Source of the DNA: Candidatus Nanoarchaeia archaeon
GTDB lineage: Archaea; Nanobdellota; Nanobdellia; Woesearchaeales; DATDTY01
Length of the DNA stretch: 51,139 bases
NCBI GenBank assembly: GCA_035290625.1
Contig: DATDTY010000067.1
Span: forward strand, 1 to 51,139
Direction of reading: 5' to 3'
A model generated the notes under the pieces. That model was not told the origin of the DNA and made no database searches. It worked only from the letters and a program-made list of their open reading frames with translations. Positions 19,461 through 29,627 of this stretch are shown here, piece after piece (position 1 is the stretch's first letter; every line of letters begins with the position of its first letter). A program made the position numbers and the translations under genes.

Positions 19461-19787
19461 CTAGGGTTGATTAGGGTGAGTTCTTTGTAACAACGTTCTG
19501 ATTTCTTGCTCTAATCTTTCACGTCTAATCCTCGATTTATCTCGTTGATACCACGCGCCTATCGCTATGAATGCTATAAGTGTTAAGACTATTGCTAAAG
19601 TAAGAATGAAATATAGTTTGTTAAAATTAAATGCCCCAACTTGGATAAGAGAAAGCCAAATACCAATTGTACCAATGACAATACCATTAAATATTTCCCA
19701 AAAACTTGAAAATATGGTATGTGCCTTTGATATTTCTCTTTCATACTGTAGTATTAATATTTGTAAGGGGGTAGTTTCTTTTTTCAT
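19461..19787 (-). CDS. Small 2-TM hypothetical protein
   Basis: Two hydrophobic segments and a basic tail; AT-rich island. Confidence 0.6.
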   Translation of the reverse strand: MKKETTPLQILILQYEREISKAHTIFSSFWEIFNGIVIGTIGIWLSLIQVGAFNFNKLYFILTLAIVLTLIAFIAIGAWYQRDKSRIRRERLEQEIRTLLQRTHPNQP

Positions 19788-20010
19788 TAACGTAAATTCT
19801 TACATATCTCCAAGAACCGATACCAACACAAAAATATAAGAACGCTATCCACAAAAACAAACTCACTGAAGTTAATAATAAAATAAGAAAGAAAAATAAA
19901 CCACCTATAAAACTACTTACACTAATACAGATAAATAAGAGAAGATTTATTTTTTCTTCTTTGCTCAGTATATCATTCTGAACATTTTGCATGTTTGTAG
20001 TTTTCCCCAT
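19741..20010 (-). CDS. Small hydrophobic hypothetical protein
   Basis: Mostly TM; overlaps neighbours in a co-directional run. Confidence 0.5.
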   Translation of the reverse strand: MGKTTNMQNVQNDILSKEEKINLLLFICISVSSFIGGLFFFLILLLTSVSLFLWIAFLYFCVGIGSWRYVRIYVNEKRNYPLTNINTTV

Positions 20011-20224
20011 CCAATTTATCGAGTTGTTCTTTACTTATATAAACTAAATTGGAATTATCTACATTGTTTATAGAGCACTTAAACAAGTCGTATGTTGTAT
20101 TAGAAGAAACATCTAAAACATACCGACTCTCTGAAACAGCTTTATAGGTTCCATACAACCCTAAAGCAACGATACCTAGTAACAGGAACGTACCTACTAC
20201 TATAGCTTCTCCTTTTTTGTCCAT
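19973..20224 (-). CDS. Small exported protein with a class III (prepilin-like) signal
   Basis: Likely start MDKKG-EAIVVGTFLLLGIVALGL at 20224. Confidence 0.55.
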   Translation of the reverse strand: MDKKGEAIVVGTFLLLGIVALGLYGTYKAVSESRYVLDVSSNTTYDLFKCSINNVDNSNLVYISKEQLDKLDGENYKHAKCSE

Positions 20225-20370
20225 TGGACTATACTCATACATTTTTGGACTATTTAGTTCTTTCTTTGTTACTCTGGAGTACTCAGAATGTATAAAAACT
20301 TTTAGGTTATCCGATGAGACTAACCTAACTAAGTGACGTTTACTTAACCGTTCATTACACGTAATTAAAC

Positions 20371-21033
20371 CTATTTGAAAGTATGGGATAAAATTAACAG
20401 CACAAAAATTAATCTCAAAGACCATTGTTCATTTGCGTAATTCGGTTGTATGCCGTGCATAACATCATTTCTAAATTCCCATAACTTTTTGTATTTCCAA
20501 ACTCGAGTTTTGAATTGTTCTTTTGACATAAATTCACAAAAGTTTTTGTCGAAAAGAGCGTGTAGTTCTTTTAAAACCTTTTCCATATTAGCATAACCTT
20601 TTCCTTGAATCCGCCCTCCCTTCACAATATTCTTCTCCTCTCCAAACTTGATAAATATGCCATCTATTGATAAAAGTAATAAAGGAATTGAGACATAATA
20701 ACCTTCTTTCCTGTTGTTGATGTGAGCAATTAATGCTCTGTTGATAACCTTATAGTATGGTTTAATGAACTTATTTGACCTGAACAATCTAAGAAGCTGT
20801 TTAACATCTTCTTTATCGGTTACGAAATTGTTGAATCTATTGTGAGTATGGTCATAAAAAGAGGAATAAGTTATTGGGAGTTCTCCGTGTAATATCCATT
20901 TGTGGAGAGAGTTTCTTATTTTATTATAACGTCTCTCTTGAAGCTTACCTGCCGTCTCCAATGCCTGATTTAATGCTTTAAATCTTGCACTAATCAACTC
21001 AATAACCCCAAAGATAGGTTTTCTTGGCGTCAT
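20371..21033 (-). CDS. Hypothetical protein with a HEPN-type RNxxxHG motif
   Basis: LLSIDG...FRNDVMHG followed by a terminal helix. Confidence 0.6.
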   Translation of the reverse strand: MTPRKPIFGVIELISARFKALNQALETAGKLQERRYNKIRNSLHKWILHGELPITYSSFYDHTHNRFNNFVTDKEDVKQLLRLFRSNKFIKPYYKVINRALIAHINNRKEGYYVSIPLLLLSIDGIFIKFGEEKNIVKGGRIQGKGYANMEKVLKELHALFDKNFCEFMSKEQFKTRVWKYKKLWEFRNDVMHGIQPNYANEQWSLRLIFVLLILSHTFK

Positions 21034-21099
21034 ATAGCCTATGACTTACAAATAGTATAAATACCTATTCTAATTTTTTCTTTATCGAGATTGATTCAG

Positions 21100-21642
21100 T
21101 TATCCCCGATTAAAAATGAAAGCTAGAACAGCAATGATTACTGCTACAATTGCCCAGAAAATGGCTACATCTTTGATGATTTTCTCCCCAGACAATTCTG
21201 AATACAGTCTTCCAACTTCTCTAAATCTTAATAATCTATCCTCCATCTCCAAAGCAGTATGGGGATTCTCCAATTCCTTTCTCAATTCCTTTATATTATC
21301 CAGCTTCTTTCTATAATCTGAATTCTTTATGAAATAATATCTACAAAATAAAAGAATCTCATGCAAACTTGAAGTCAGATTTTTCTCTTTAAATGAAATA
21401 TAGGTTTGCCACACCATTATCTCATAACTATGAAGTCTTTTTCTGATTGCAGTTTGGGGCTGAAGAGGCGGCTCCTTATCCGCAAAATAATCTTTGGTTA
21501 TATTCACATAATCCGAAAAGTGCTTAGTCACCTGAGAATAATAGTCTCTATAGTCCTTCAAAGATAGACGTTGAGCTGCTATCTCTTTGCTTATAGTAAC
21601 TACATTTTCTCCGAATTGTAATATCTCTGAGGATAGACTCAT
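21100..21642 (-). CDS. Hypothetical protein with a C-terminal TM anchor
   Basis: Helical body ending AIFWAIVAVIIAVLAFIF; ATGA-coupled to the upstream ORF. Confidence 0.65.
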   Translation of the reverse strand: MSLSSEILQFGENVVTISKEIAAQRLSLKDYRDYYSQVTKHFSDYVNITKDYFADKEPPLQPQTAIRKRLHSYEIMVWQTYISFKEKNLTSSLHEILLFCRYYFIKNSDYRKKLDNIKELRKELENPHTALEMEDRLLRFREVGRLYSELSGEKIIKDVAIFWAIVAVIIAVLAFIFNRG

Positions 21643-21827
21643 CTTAAATAATCCTTCAATCTAATAAGGAAGTATACTAAAAGTAAGACACTTGCAATGC
21701 CTAATATCAAGGATGCTAAACTGTTAAGATTGTTCACATCAACAAATCCTTTTAATAAGAAGAATGCAAAAGCCCCATACAAAATACTCCCCCCTATGAT
21801 GAAAAATAGAGTATAGTGAGGTTTCAT
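21639..21827 (-). CDS. Small 2-TM hypothetical protein
   Basis: 62 aa with two TM segments; TATA-like element upstream. Confidence 0.6.
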   Translation of the reverse strand: MKPHYTLFFIIGGSILYGAFAFFLLKGFVDVNNLNSLASLILGIASVLLLVYFLIRLKDYLR

Positions 21828-22002
21828 CTTATAAGTTCCCCAATCAATTTTCCTATTTAAACCTTCCTTATCCCAGAACCAGCACCCCCTCCATTGACCT
21901 CTTCAGAAATGGCTTTATATCCAGAAGACTTACCAGCCCTCTTTTCAATAACCTTTAAATATTCCCCCCATCCCCTTCTCGGAAAACAACGGAGGATGAA
22001 CT

Positions 22003-22518
22003 ATGGCAGCATTCAAGATGACCATTGGCGATCCCAAGACGGGAAAGACGGTTCAGAAGGAAGTTAAGGATCAGGAGGCGGAAAGCTTGATCGGGAAGAA
22101 GATAACAGATACGTTCGAAGGAGACGGCGTCGGATTAGCCGGATATTCTTTTGAGATTACCGGAGGCTCGGATGACTCTGGAGTTCCCATGAGGAGAGAT
22201 GTTCAGGGAACAGCAAGGAAGAAGATACTGGTCGTAAGCGGCGTTGGAGCCAGGAAGAGAGGAAAGGGAATCCGGCAGAGGAAGATGGTTGCAGGCAACA
22301 CGGTTCATGCAAAGACGGCGCAGATCAACCTGAAGGTCCTTAAGATGGGCAAGGAAGACATTTTCGCTGGAGCCAAGGAGGCAAAGAAGGCAGTGAAGGA
22401 AGCCAAGCCCGAGGCAAAGGAAGCAAAACAACCTGCGCCAAAGCCCGAGGCAAAGGAAGATACGCGCCCTGAGCCAAAGCATCAGGCAAAGCTAGCAAAG
22501 GAGGAAAAGGCCTCTTAG
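22003..22518 (+). CDS. rps6e: 30S ribosomal protein S6e with a K/E/A/P-rich C-terminal tail
   Basis: DPKTGK, ITGGSDDSGVPMR, RKMVAGN and QINLK motifs; GGAGG SD. Confidence 0.95.
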   Translation: MAAFKMTIGDPKTGKTVQKEVKDQEAESLIGKKITDTFEGDGVGLAGYSFEITGGSDDSGVPMRRDVQGTARKKILVVSGVGARKRGKGIRQRKMVAGNTVHAKTAQINLKVLKMGKEDIFAGAKEAKKAVKEAKPEAKEAKQPAPKPEAKEDTRPEPKHQAKLAKEEKAS

Positions 22519-22519
22519 A

Positions 22520-23749
22520 ATGTCAAAGAAAAAGGAAGGCCAGCCGGAGATTAACATTGGCTTGTTCGGCCATGTTGATCATGGTAAGACAACACTTCTT
22601 CAGCGCCTGAGTGGCAAATGGGCTGATACGCATTCTGAAGAGATTAAGAGGGGCATCACGATTCGCCTCGGCTATGCCTATATCGAGATACGGAAATGCC
22701 CGAAATGCAGCACCTATACTGTAAAGGAGGAATGCCCTGAATGCAACGAGAAGGCCGAGCCAGTGAGGAAGATAAGCTTTGTTGACGCTCCCGGGCATGA
22801 AAGCTTAATGGCAACGATGCTTGCAGGCTCTGCAATCATCGATGCAGCATTGCTCCTTGTGGCAGCCAACGAGGACTGCCCCCAGCCGCAGACGCGGGAG
22901 CATTTAATGGCTTTGGAGATCCTCGGCATCAAAGATATCATCATTATCCAGAATAAGATTGACCTGGTGGATGAAAAAACCAGCCTCAAGAACTACAATG
23001 AGATCAGGAGCCTGCTCAAGGATACTGCCTACGCTGATGCCCCCATCATCCCTGTGAGCGCGCAGTTTGGGGTGAACATCGACCTGCTGCTTGAGGAGAT
23101 AGAGGGCAGGTTCAGGACTCCAAAGAGAGAGGCAGGCAAAGATCCCCTCTTCTTGGTCGCACGGAGTTTTGACGTTAACAAGCCAGGCACAGAGATCGCA
23201 AAGCTTCAGGGAGGCGTTGTTGGAGGCACGGTGATTCGTGGAAAGCTCAAGATAGGCGATGAGATTGAGATCAGGCCTGGAAGGCTTGTTGAGGAGAAGA
23301 ACCAGAAGGTGTGGAAGCCAATTCTCTCAAAGATCGTGGAAATTCAGAGCGGAGGAGTTTCCTTAAAAGAGGTTGTGCCCGGAGGATCAGCTGCCCTGCA
23401 GACCTCCCTTGACCCGTTTCTGGTGAAGTCTGACTCTCTTGTGGGGGGCATTGTCGGCCATGTGAAGAAACTCCCTCCGGTCTGGGAGGAACTTCATTTG
23501 GCTCCGAAGCTGCTCAAACGTGTTGTTGGTGCAAAGGAGGACCTTGCCGTTGAGGAGCTGAAGATGAACGAGGTATTGATGCTCAACGTGAATTCTGCGG
23601 CAACTGTCGGAACCATCACAAAGGTAGGAAAGGACATTGTTGAGGCTGTCCTGAAGCTTCCGGTCTGCGCCGAGAAGGGCAGCAGGGTGGCGATCTCAAG
23701 AAGGATAGGGAACAGGTTCAGGCTGATTGGATATGGGGTTATACAATAG
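22520..23749 (+). CDS. eif2g: Translation initiation factor aIF-2 gamma
   Basis: QPEINIG, GHVDHGKTT, RGITIRLGY, Zn knuckle, DAPGHE and QNKID. Confidence 0.97.
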   Translation: MSKKKEGQPEINIGLFGHVDHGKTTLLQRLSGKWADTHSEEIKRGITIRLGYAYIEIRKCPKCSTYTVKEECPECNEKAEPVRKISFVDAPGHESLMATMLAGSAIIDAALLLVAANEDCPQPQTREHLMALEILGIKDIIIIQNKIDLVDEKTSLKNYNEIRSLLKDTAYADAPIIPVSAQFGVNIDLLLEEIEGRFRTPKREAGKDPLFLVARSFDVNKPGTEIAKLQGGVVGGTVIRGKLKIGDEIEIRPGRLVEEKNQKVWKPILSKIVEIQSGGVSLKEVVPGGSAALQTSLDPFLVKSDSLVGGIVGHVKKLPPVWEELHLAPKLLKRVVGAKEDLAVEELKMNEVLMLNVNSAATVGTITKVGKDIVEAVLKLPVCAEKGSRVAISRRIGNRFRLIGYGVIQ

Positions 23750-23762
23750 CTGACTAAGAAAT

Positions 23763-24272
23763 TTAATCTCTCAGCACATACTTGCCATTTTCTTCGAAAA
23801 CAATCGCTCCTCTAAACGGATCGTTTTCCTGATAGAGATGTAAGTTGTACATGTTATTGAGTATTGCATCTAATTCTTCTGCTGCTCTTTCATTAGTTTT
23901 ATCAGGAACCGTAACCTGTATTGTATACCTTAGCTCTCTATCTCCGATTTCTTGTTTTGTCCTTAATCTATCTTGAGTGCTCATTGCGCTAGGAAATCGT
24001 ATCCGGGATTTAGCACTTTCATAAGCTGGCATTAATAGGGGATCTCCTTCTAGTCCGCCTAACCCTTCTGTCAAGGAAAGTTCTAATTCAGACGGAGTTT
24101 GAGTAGCCTCCCTGATGAAAGGCAGATACCCTTCAATTTCTCCTTTTGAAGCATTACAATCAAAAAATCCGTACGCTTTTCCGCCTGGTTTAGCCGTAGG
24201 GCTCGTATTTACTTTCCTGCCCTCTCTATCAACGAATGACATATCCATTGGGTATACCTTTGTAGCTGCCAT
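23763..24272 (-). CDS. Hypothetical protein
   Basis: 169-aa ORF with its own TATA at 24295-24302. Confidence 0.65.
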   Translation of the reverse strand: MAATKVYPMDMSFVDREGRKVNTSPTAKPGGKAYGFFDCNASKGEIEGYLPFIREATQTPSELELSLTEGLGGLEGDPLLMPAYESAKSRIRFPSAMSTQDRLRTKQEIGDRELRYTIQVTVPDKTNERAAEELDAILNNMYNLHLYQENDPFRGAIVFEENGKYVLRD

Positions 24273-24400
24273 ACCCTTACTATGGATTGTCTAGTATATA
24301 AACCTTTCAATTTGTAACTACTAAAAAGAGACTATAAACTCGGGTTGAGCCTGCTACCGTAGAGTGTTTTAGGGAGCACATCTTTCTTATCAAATCTTGC

Positions 24401-25138
24401 TTAGGGAGCACAGTTCGCAATCTTCACGAAATGGCCTGGAAGCAGGGATTCGTGCCCTACCAATAATCCGTCGATTGCTGCTTTTTTGAGAAAGGAAGGG
24501 GCGTTTCTTGGAGTGACGCTTCCTCCGTAGAGGATTGGTATCTTTTTTGCTGTGGCTGCTGAGCTTGATTTTGCCAGAACAGAGCGGATGAATTCGTTGG
24601 TCTTTTCTGCGTTTTCAGGGGTGTCTGGCGTATGTGAGCCTATAGCCCATAACGGCTCATAGGCGATGATGATGTTTTTTAGCTTGTGGGTTCCTTTTAA
24701 TGCTGTGAGGAGCTGATTCCTCAAGACATGCGAGGCCTGGCCTAATCTTCTCTGCAGGCCTGTCTCACCGATGCAGAGGATAGGAGTGAGGCTGTGCTTC
24801 AGGCAGGCCCTAAGCTTTTGATTAATGAGGCGGTTATTCTCATGGAGGATAGAGCGCCTCTCTGAATGGCCGATGAGCACGTACTTTACATTAAGTTCTT
24901 TCAGCATCAAGGGAGAGATCTCTCCTGTAAACGCTCCTCTTGTTTCGTAGAAGACATCTTGGGCTCCTAAACGTATGTTGGTTTTTTTGAGAAGAGGGGC
25001 GATTGGGCAGATGTCTGTGTACGGAGGGCAGAGGACGATGGTACGCTTTGTTTTTATTCTTGGAAGGATTTGCTTTACGAATGCCAAAGACTGCTTCTGG
25101 GTCTTGTGCATCTTCCAGTTGGCGACAATGTACTTCAT
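24401..25138 (-). CDS. tpiA: Triosephosphate isomerase (bacterial-type)
   Basis: ANWKMHK, GAFTGEISP, IGHSERR, AYEPLWAIG and LYGGSV motifs. Confidence 0.95.
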   Translation of the reverse strand: MKYIVANWKMHKTQKQSLAFVKQILPRIKTKRTIVLCPPYTDICPIAPLLKKTNIRLGAQDVFYETRGAFTGEISPLMLKELNVKYVLIGHSERRSILHENNRLINQKLRACLKHSLTPILCIGETGLQRRLGQASHVLRNQLLTALKGTHKLKNIIIAYEPLWAIGSHTPDTPENAEKTNEFIRSVLAKSSSAATAKKIPILYGGSVTPRNAPSFLKKAAIDGLLVGHESLLPGHFVKIANCAP

Positions 25139-25371
25139 GCCATACTACTTGGGAACTGGGTTTATAAGGGTTTCGAGGTCCGGCAGGGTTACCTCTTCCG
25201 ATGAGCGAAGCGATACATCAAGAACAGGTATCAAGTGGGAGTTCGTTTCCAAACCGAAGGCTCTTTTTGTTAATGCAATCGGGGGAGTTCCGTTAGTTAG
25301 GTTCTCGTGGACCAAATATCACTCACAAGTAGAAACATTTTTAAATACGCGGATATGTCTAATACAATAAG

Positions 25372-27081
25372 ATGTTAAAACAAAAAATCCTAGTTACAGC
25401 TGCGCTTCCGTATATTAATAATGTTCCTCATATGGGGCATATTGTTGGATCTCATCTGCCAGCAGATATATTTTATCGATATTGCAGAGCAAAGGGCTAT
25501 GATGCTATTTTTGTGGGTGGTTCAGATGAACACGGAACCCCATCTGCTGTGGCAGCAAAAGAACTGGGGTTGCATCCTCAACAATTAGTAGATAAACTTC
25601 ATAATATTCATAAAAAAGTTTATGAAAGACTAAATATTGATTATACAAATTATTCTAGAACCTCAAATTTATCACATCACAAAACCGTACAGGATTTTTT
25701 TAATGTCATTAATGAAAACGGATACGTTAGTAAAGGAAGTATGAGAATGTATTTTTGTGAAAATGATAATATGTTTCTTCCAGATAGGTTTGTTGTTGGA
25801 ACATGCCCAAAATGTGGTTACGAATCTGCTAATGCCGATCAATGTGAGAGCTGTGCATCAGTTTTGGCTCCAGACGAATTAGTTGATCCACATTGTAAAA
25901 GTTGTGAAGCAACACCTATAATGAAGGAATCAGAACATTTGTATATTCGTTTAGATCGGTTGGCAGAAAGTCTAGATAAGTGGATAGAAGGAAATAAAGG
26001 GACTTGGAGATCTCAAGTTTATGGAGAAGCCAAAAAATGGATTAGAGAAGGATTGAGAGAACGATCAATAACTAGAGATTTAGAATGGGGTGTGAAAGTT
26101 CCATCGGAAGCGTTGGAGAATAAAGTGTTTTATGTTTGGTTTGATGCACCAATAGGTTATATGACTTTCACGAGAGAGATTGGTGAAGACGTTTTCGATG
26201 AATATTGGAGAGATCCAGAATCAAAAATATTTCACTTTTTAGGAAAGGACAATATACCATTTCATACTGTTTTTTGGCCTGGTATGCTAATAGCGCATGG
26301 TGGATTTAATTTGCCATTAAATGTAGTAGGTTCTAATTATCTAAATTTTGAAGGACAAAAATTTTCTAAAAGCAAGGGGGTCGGCGTATTTTGTTATAAT
26401 CTGTTGGACTCAGATATAGATATAGATGTTCTCCGTTCTTATTTGACAACGGTAATCCCAGAAACAAAAGAATCTGACTTCAAGTGGGGGGAGTTTAGAA
26501 CTATCACTAATAATGAACTTATTGGTAAGTTAGGCAATCTCTTTAATAGAACCCTGAATATGATTTGGAAGAATTTCGGAGGACAACTAAATTACAGTAC
26601 GTTATCAGACCTAAATGGTATTGACAATCATTTGATAGAAGCGATAAAGACAGAACCATTATCTATAGGCGACCTCTTCTTTGGAGTGGAGTTTAGAGAA
26701 GCCTATAGAAGGATTATGCAATATGCTTCAGAAGGGAATGTTTATCTCCACAAAACCGCGCCATGGAATTTAATAAAAGAAGGCAGGGAAGAAGAGGCAA
26801 AGAAATCTCTTTATCTCGCTCTAAGCTTATGTAGATCTTTAGCTATTGTTTCAAGCCCCATATTGCCTGAAAGTATGCAGAGATTATGGACTGATCAGTT
26901 AAATCTTCGCGGTTCTTTGTCAACTCCAGGAATTTGGGATGAAGCTACTCAAATAAGTATTCCATCTGACCACACAATAAACAAACCAGAACCATTATAT
27001 GCTAGAATAGACGATAAGAGATTGGAAGAACTAGAAAAACATCTATCAAAACCCCACTCACTGGAAGAACTAGTTAAGTAA
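25372..27081 (+). CDS. metG: Methionyl-tRNA synthetase (no C-terminal OB domain), first gene of an AT-rich operon
   Basis: ALPY, HMGH, DEHG, Zn knuckles, YVWFDA, GKDNIPFH and KFSKS. Confidence 0.93.
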   Translation: MLKQKILVTAALPYINNVPHMGHIVGSHLPADIFYRYCRAKGYDAIFVGGSDEHGTPSAVAAKELGLHPQQLVDKLHNIHKKVYERLNIDYTNYSRTSNLSHHKTVQDFFNVINENGYVSKGSMRMYFCENDNMFLPDRFVVGTCPKCGYESANADQCESCASVLAPDELVDPHCKSCEATPIMKESEHLYIRLDRLAESLDKWIEGNKGTWRSQVYGEAKKWIREGLRERSITRDLEWGVKVPSEALENKVFYVWFDAPIGYMTFTREIGEDVFDEYWRDPESKIFHFLGKDNIPFHTVFWPGMLIAHGGFNLPLNVVGSNYLNFEGQKFSKSKGVGVFCYNLLDSDIDIDVLRSYLTTVIPETKESDFKWGEFRTITNNELIGKLGNLFNRTLNMIWKNFGGQLNYSTLSDLNGIDNHLIEAIKTEPLSIGDLFFGVEFREAYRRIMQYASEGNVYLHKTAPWNLIKEGREEEAKKSLYLALSLCRSLAIVSSPILPESMQRLWTDQLNLRGSLSTPGIWDEATQISIPSDHTINKPEPLYARIDDKRLEELEKHLSKPHSLEELVK

Positions 27082-27093
27082 GCTAGCATCAAA

Positions 27094-28770
27094 ATGAATA
27101 AAAATGAAATATACGAGAGAATTAAGCAATACTTCCCGCTTCAATTTACTGAGAACCACATTTCTGAATACTTAGTACGATGTCTTAGGGCCGTTGCTCA
27201 AAAGATAGATTCCGATGATTTGGCAAGGTTGAATGGTTCTGCTGGTAAATCTGAATTCAAAGGTTTAGTTGAAAAATATTCATCAGTCCCAAAGGTTGGA
27301 GAGCCTGCAGAAGAGGTCTTAGAAAGCATTGTTAATGATTTGTTCTCACGTGTTCCAAGATGGCGGAGTCCGGAACTACAGTATAATGTCGGAACTGCCG
27401 TAAATTCGGTTGCTTTAGCGGCTTATGTCTTAGCATTAGAGGAGAATATCTATGCGATAAATGATGGCCTAGCAGGAAACTCTCTTGTAGCAGAAGAAGC
27501 TGTTTCTAGCATATTAGCCAGAGATCTTGCGGGTGTTGAAAAAAAAGCAAGAGGCTTCTTTACATTTGGAGGGACTGCTACAAACTTATATGCTAAAAAA
27601 TTGGGCATAAAGAAAGCCGTCCCAGGATCCTCAAGGAAAGGCAATACTGAAGGAATTAAGGCAATGGTCACAAGAGACTGCCACTTTTCTCATGACGTTT
27701 CTATTGATTGGCTAGGCATTGGCAAAGATAACACAATAATAATTGAGCCAGGAAGTGACAGAAGAAGTAATCTGGATGATGCCGAAAGAAAAATAAGAGA
27801 GGCGCTTGATTCTGGTGGAATACTAACTTCCATAGCAGTTAATGGGGGTACGACATACAATCACATTGTTGATGGTATAAACGGATTTGTCGAACTTAGG
27901 GATAGGATTGTCCAAGAATATTCTTTAAGTTACACTCCTCACGTCCATGTTGACTCTGTAATCGGATGGTCATGGCTATTTTTTAGAGGATATGACTTTG
28001 AAAATAATCCGTTAGATATTAATCAAAGAGCTTTAAACATGATTAGAGAACAGTATGGACGAATTTCTCACATTAATATGGCAGATTCATGGGGTGTTGA
28101 TTTTCATAAAGGCATCGGTGCCTGCCCAGTAGATTGCAGCGTTTTCATGGTTAATGATGAACGGGATTTGAGATATATCTCAAAGAAGGGAGAAATTGAC
28201 ATTCATCATCTAGCTGAAGAATTTAGTTTCACAAGCCCAGTAGATTTTACGTTAGAAACTTCTCGATCAGCAGGTCCTGCTTTATCAGCACTAGCCTCTC
28301 TTCGTCTTTTGGGATTAAACGGTTACAGAAGAAATCTTGCTAACTTGATAGAGCAGACCGTAGTCATGAGAGACTCGTTGCGTGAACACAAAGACATGTA
28401 CATTTGTCACGAAGAAGCCTCCTTAGGTTTTGTGACAATGCTTCGGTTTTATCCTCCCGAACTTATGCGAGACCCGAGATTATGTATTGAACTCTCCGAC
28501 CCATCTTTGGATACAAAAAACATCAGCGAACAAGTTAACAAATATATGAAGGAATTTTTCACATGGGACGAATCTACGAGAATGAGGGCGGGACGCGGTG
28601 TGGAGTATTCTATCAGTTCCGGTTATATTACTTTATCAAATGGTGCAAAAATAACTGGTGTAAAATTGTATCCTGTATCACCTCATTTTAATGAGCAATA
28701 TGCAAGGAAGGCTGTTGAAACAATTGTATCGCAGAAGAAAATATTTGATCAACAAGTTAAGGGAAAATGA
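27094..28770 (+). CDS. Group II PLP-dependent decarboxylase
   Basis: GGTATN, HFS, GGTT, HVHVD and DSWGVDFHK (PLP lysine). Confidence 0.85.
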   Translation: MNKNEIYERIKQYFPLQFTENHISEYLVRCLRAVAQKIDSDDLARLNGSAGKSEFKGLVEKYSSVPKVGEPAEEVLESIVNDLFSRVPRWRSPELQYNVGTAVNSVALAAYVLALEENIYAINDGLAGNSLVAEEAVSSILARDLAGVEKKARGFFTFGGTATNLYAKKLGIKKAVPGSSRKGNTEGIKAMVTRDCHFSHDVSIDWLGIGKDNTIIIEPGSDRRSNLDDAERKIREALDSGGILTSIAVNGGTTYNHIVDGINGFVELRDRIVQEYSLSYTPHVHVDSVIGWSWLFFRGYDFENNPLDINQRALNMIREQYGRISHINMADSWGVDFHKGIGACPVDCSVFMVNDERDLRYISKKGEIDIHHLAEEFSFTSPVDFTLETSRSAGPALSALASLRLLGLNGYRRNLANLIEQTVVMRDSLREHKDMYICHEEASLGFVTMLRFYPPELMRDPRLCIELSDPSLDTKNISEQVNKYMKEFFTWDESTRMRAGRGVEYSISSGYITLSNGAKITGVKLYPVSPHFNEQYARKAVETIVSQKKIFDQQVKGK

Positions 28771-29627
28771 ACCAACCCCAAAAAGAAATCAGTAGCTTGC
28801 TTGATTATTCTCATGAGGTGACTGGACTTGACCAATTTATTTTATATGGGGGAACTCCGTTAGATTTAATGATTCATGGAAGCTATCATGATATTGATCT
28901 TGCAACTCAAGGGAAGAGTGAAGAATGGATTACTGCGTTAAATAAACAATTTTCAGCGAAAGGATTTGATGTAATTCAACCAAGAAGGCCGTATCAAATA
29001 CGTAATGGCTCCGTAGAGGTTATCTTAGTTTATGCCAAAAATGATGCTAATTTTTTTGATGTTTGTTTTATGGAAGACTTAAGTTTAATTGGACTATTTG
29101 ATATAGAATCATCTTACTGGAAATATCCGAAAAAAGAGCATGTTGACCAATATAATGCACTTGAAGCATTAGCGTCAAAGTGTATTAGGCCAATAAGATC
29201 ATTTGAATCAGAAAACCCATTATTGTGGTTCTCACGATTTGTACGTCTTTGTTCAAAATACAATTTTCAAATGACCAATACCTCCCATGCTCCAATAATT
29301 GATGCAATAAATTCAAGAGTTGGTTATGATGAACAGACTGTTAGTTCACCCCAATATTCCTCAGCAGTATCATCTGTTTTCAGTGCAATATTGCGAGCAA
29401 AAGACCGTCAAAAGTTTTCTAGTGAACTTATTGAAACCGGGTTGATACGTAAGCTTCTACCAGAACTGGATAAATTTTTAAGCAGAACGAATGAAGACGT
29501 GCTGATCAGAATTAGAAACAGAGAAGAATTTTGTGGCATTTTAAGAGAAAACCTTTCACCTGAAGAAAGAGTAGATCTCGACAAAAAGTTACAGGAGTTA
29601 AGCTACAGAAGTTGGGAAAATGAGTGA
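28767..29627 (+). CDS. Nucleotidyltransferase, degenerate class II CCA/poly(A)-polymerase-like
   Basis: LYGGTPLD...DIDL motif A; ENPLLWFSRFVRL resembles EDPLRxxRxxRF. Confidence 0.65.
   Translation: MNQPQKEISSLLDYSHEVTGLDQFILYGGTPLDLMIHGSYHDIDLATQGKSEEWITALNKQFSAKGFDVIQPRRPYQIRNGSVEVILVYAKNDANFFDVCFMEDLSLIGLFDIESSYWKYPKKEHVDQYNALEALASKCIRPIRSFESENPLLWFSRFVRLCSKYNFQMTNTSHAPIIDAINSRVGYDEQTVSSPQYSSAVSSVFSAILRAKDRQKFSSELIETGLIRKLLPELDKFLSRTNEDVLIRIRNREEFCGILRENLSPEERVDLDKKLQELSYRSWENE

Noticed and set aside
19381..21827. Integron cassette array
   Set aside because: The ORFs overlap or abut, there are no repeated RYYYAAC...GTTRRRY attC sites between them, and no integrase is present.
25175..25325. 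T-box or SAM riboswitch upstream of metG
   Set aside because: Some pairing is possible, but there is no T-box or SAM consensus and the segment lies upstream of the metG TATA box.
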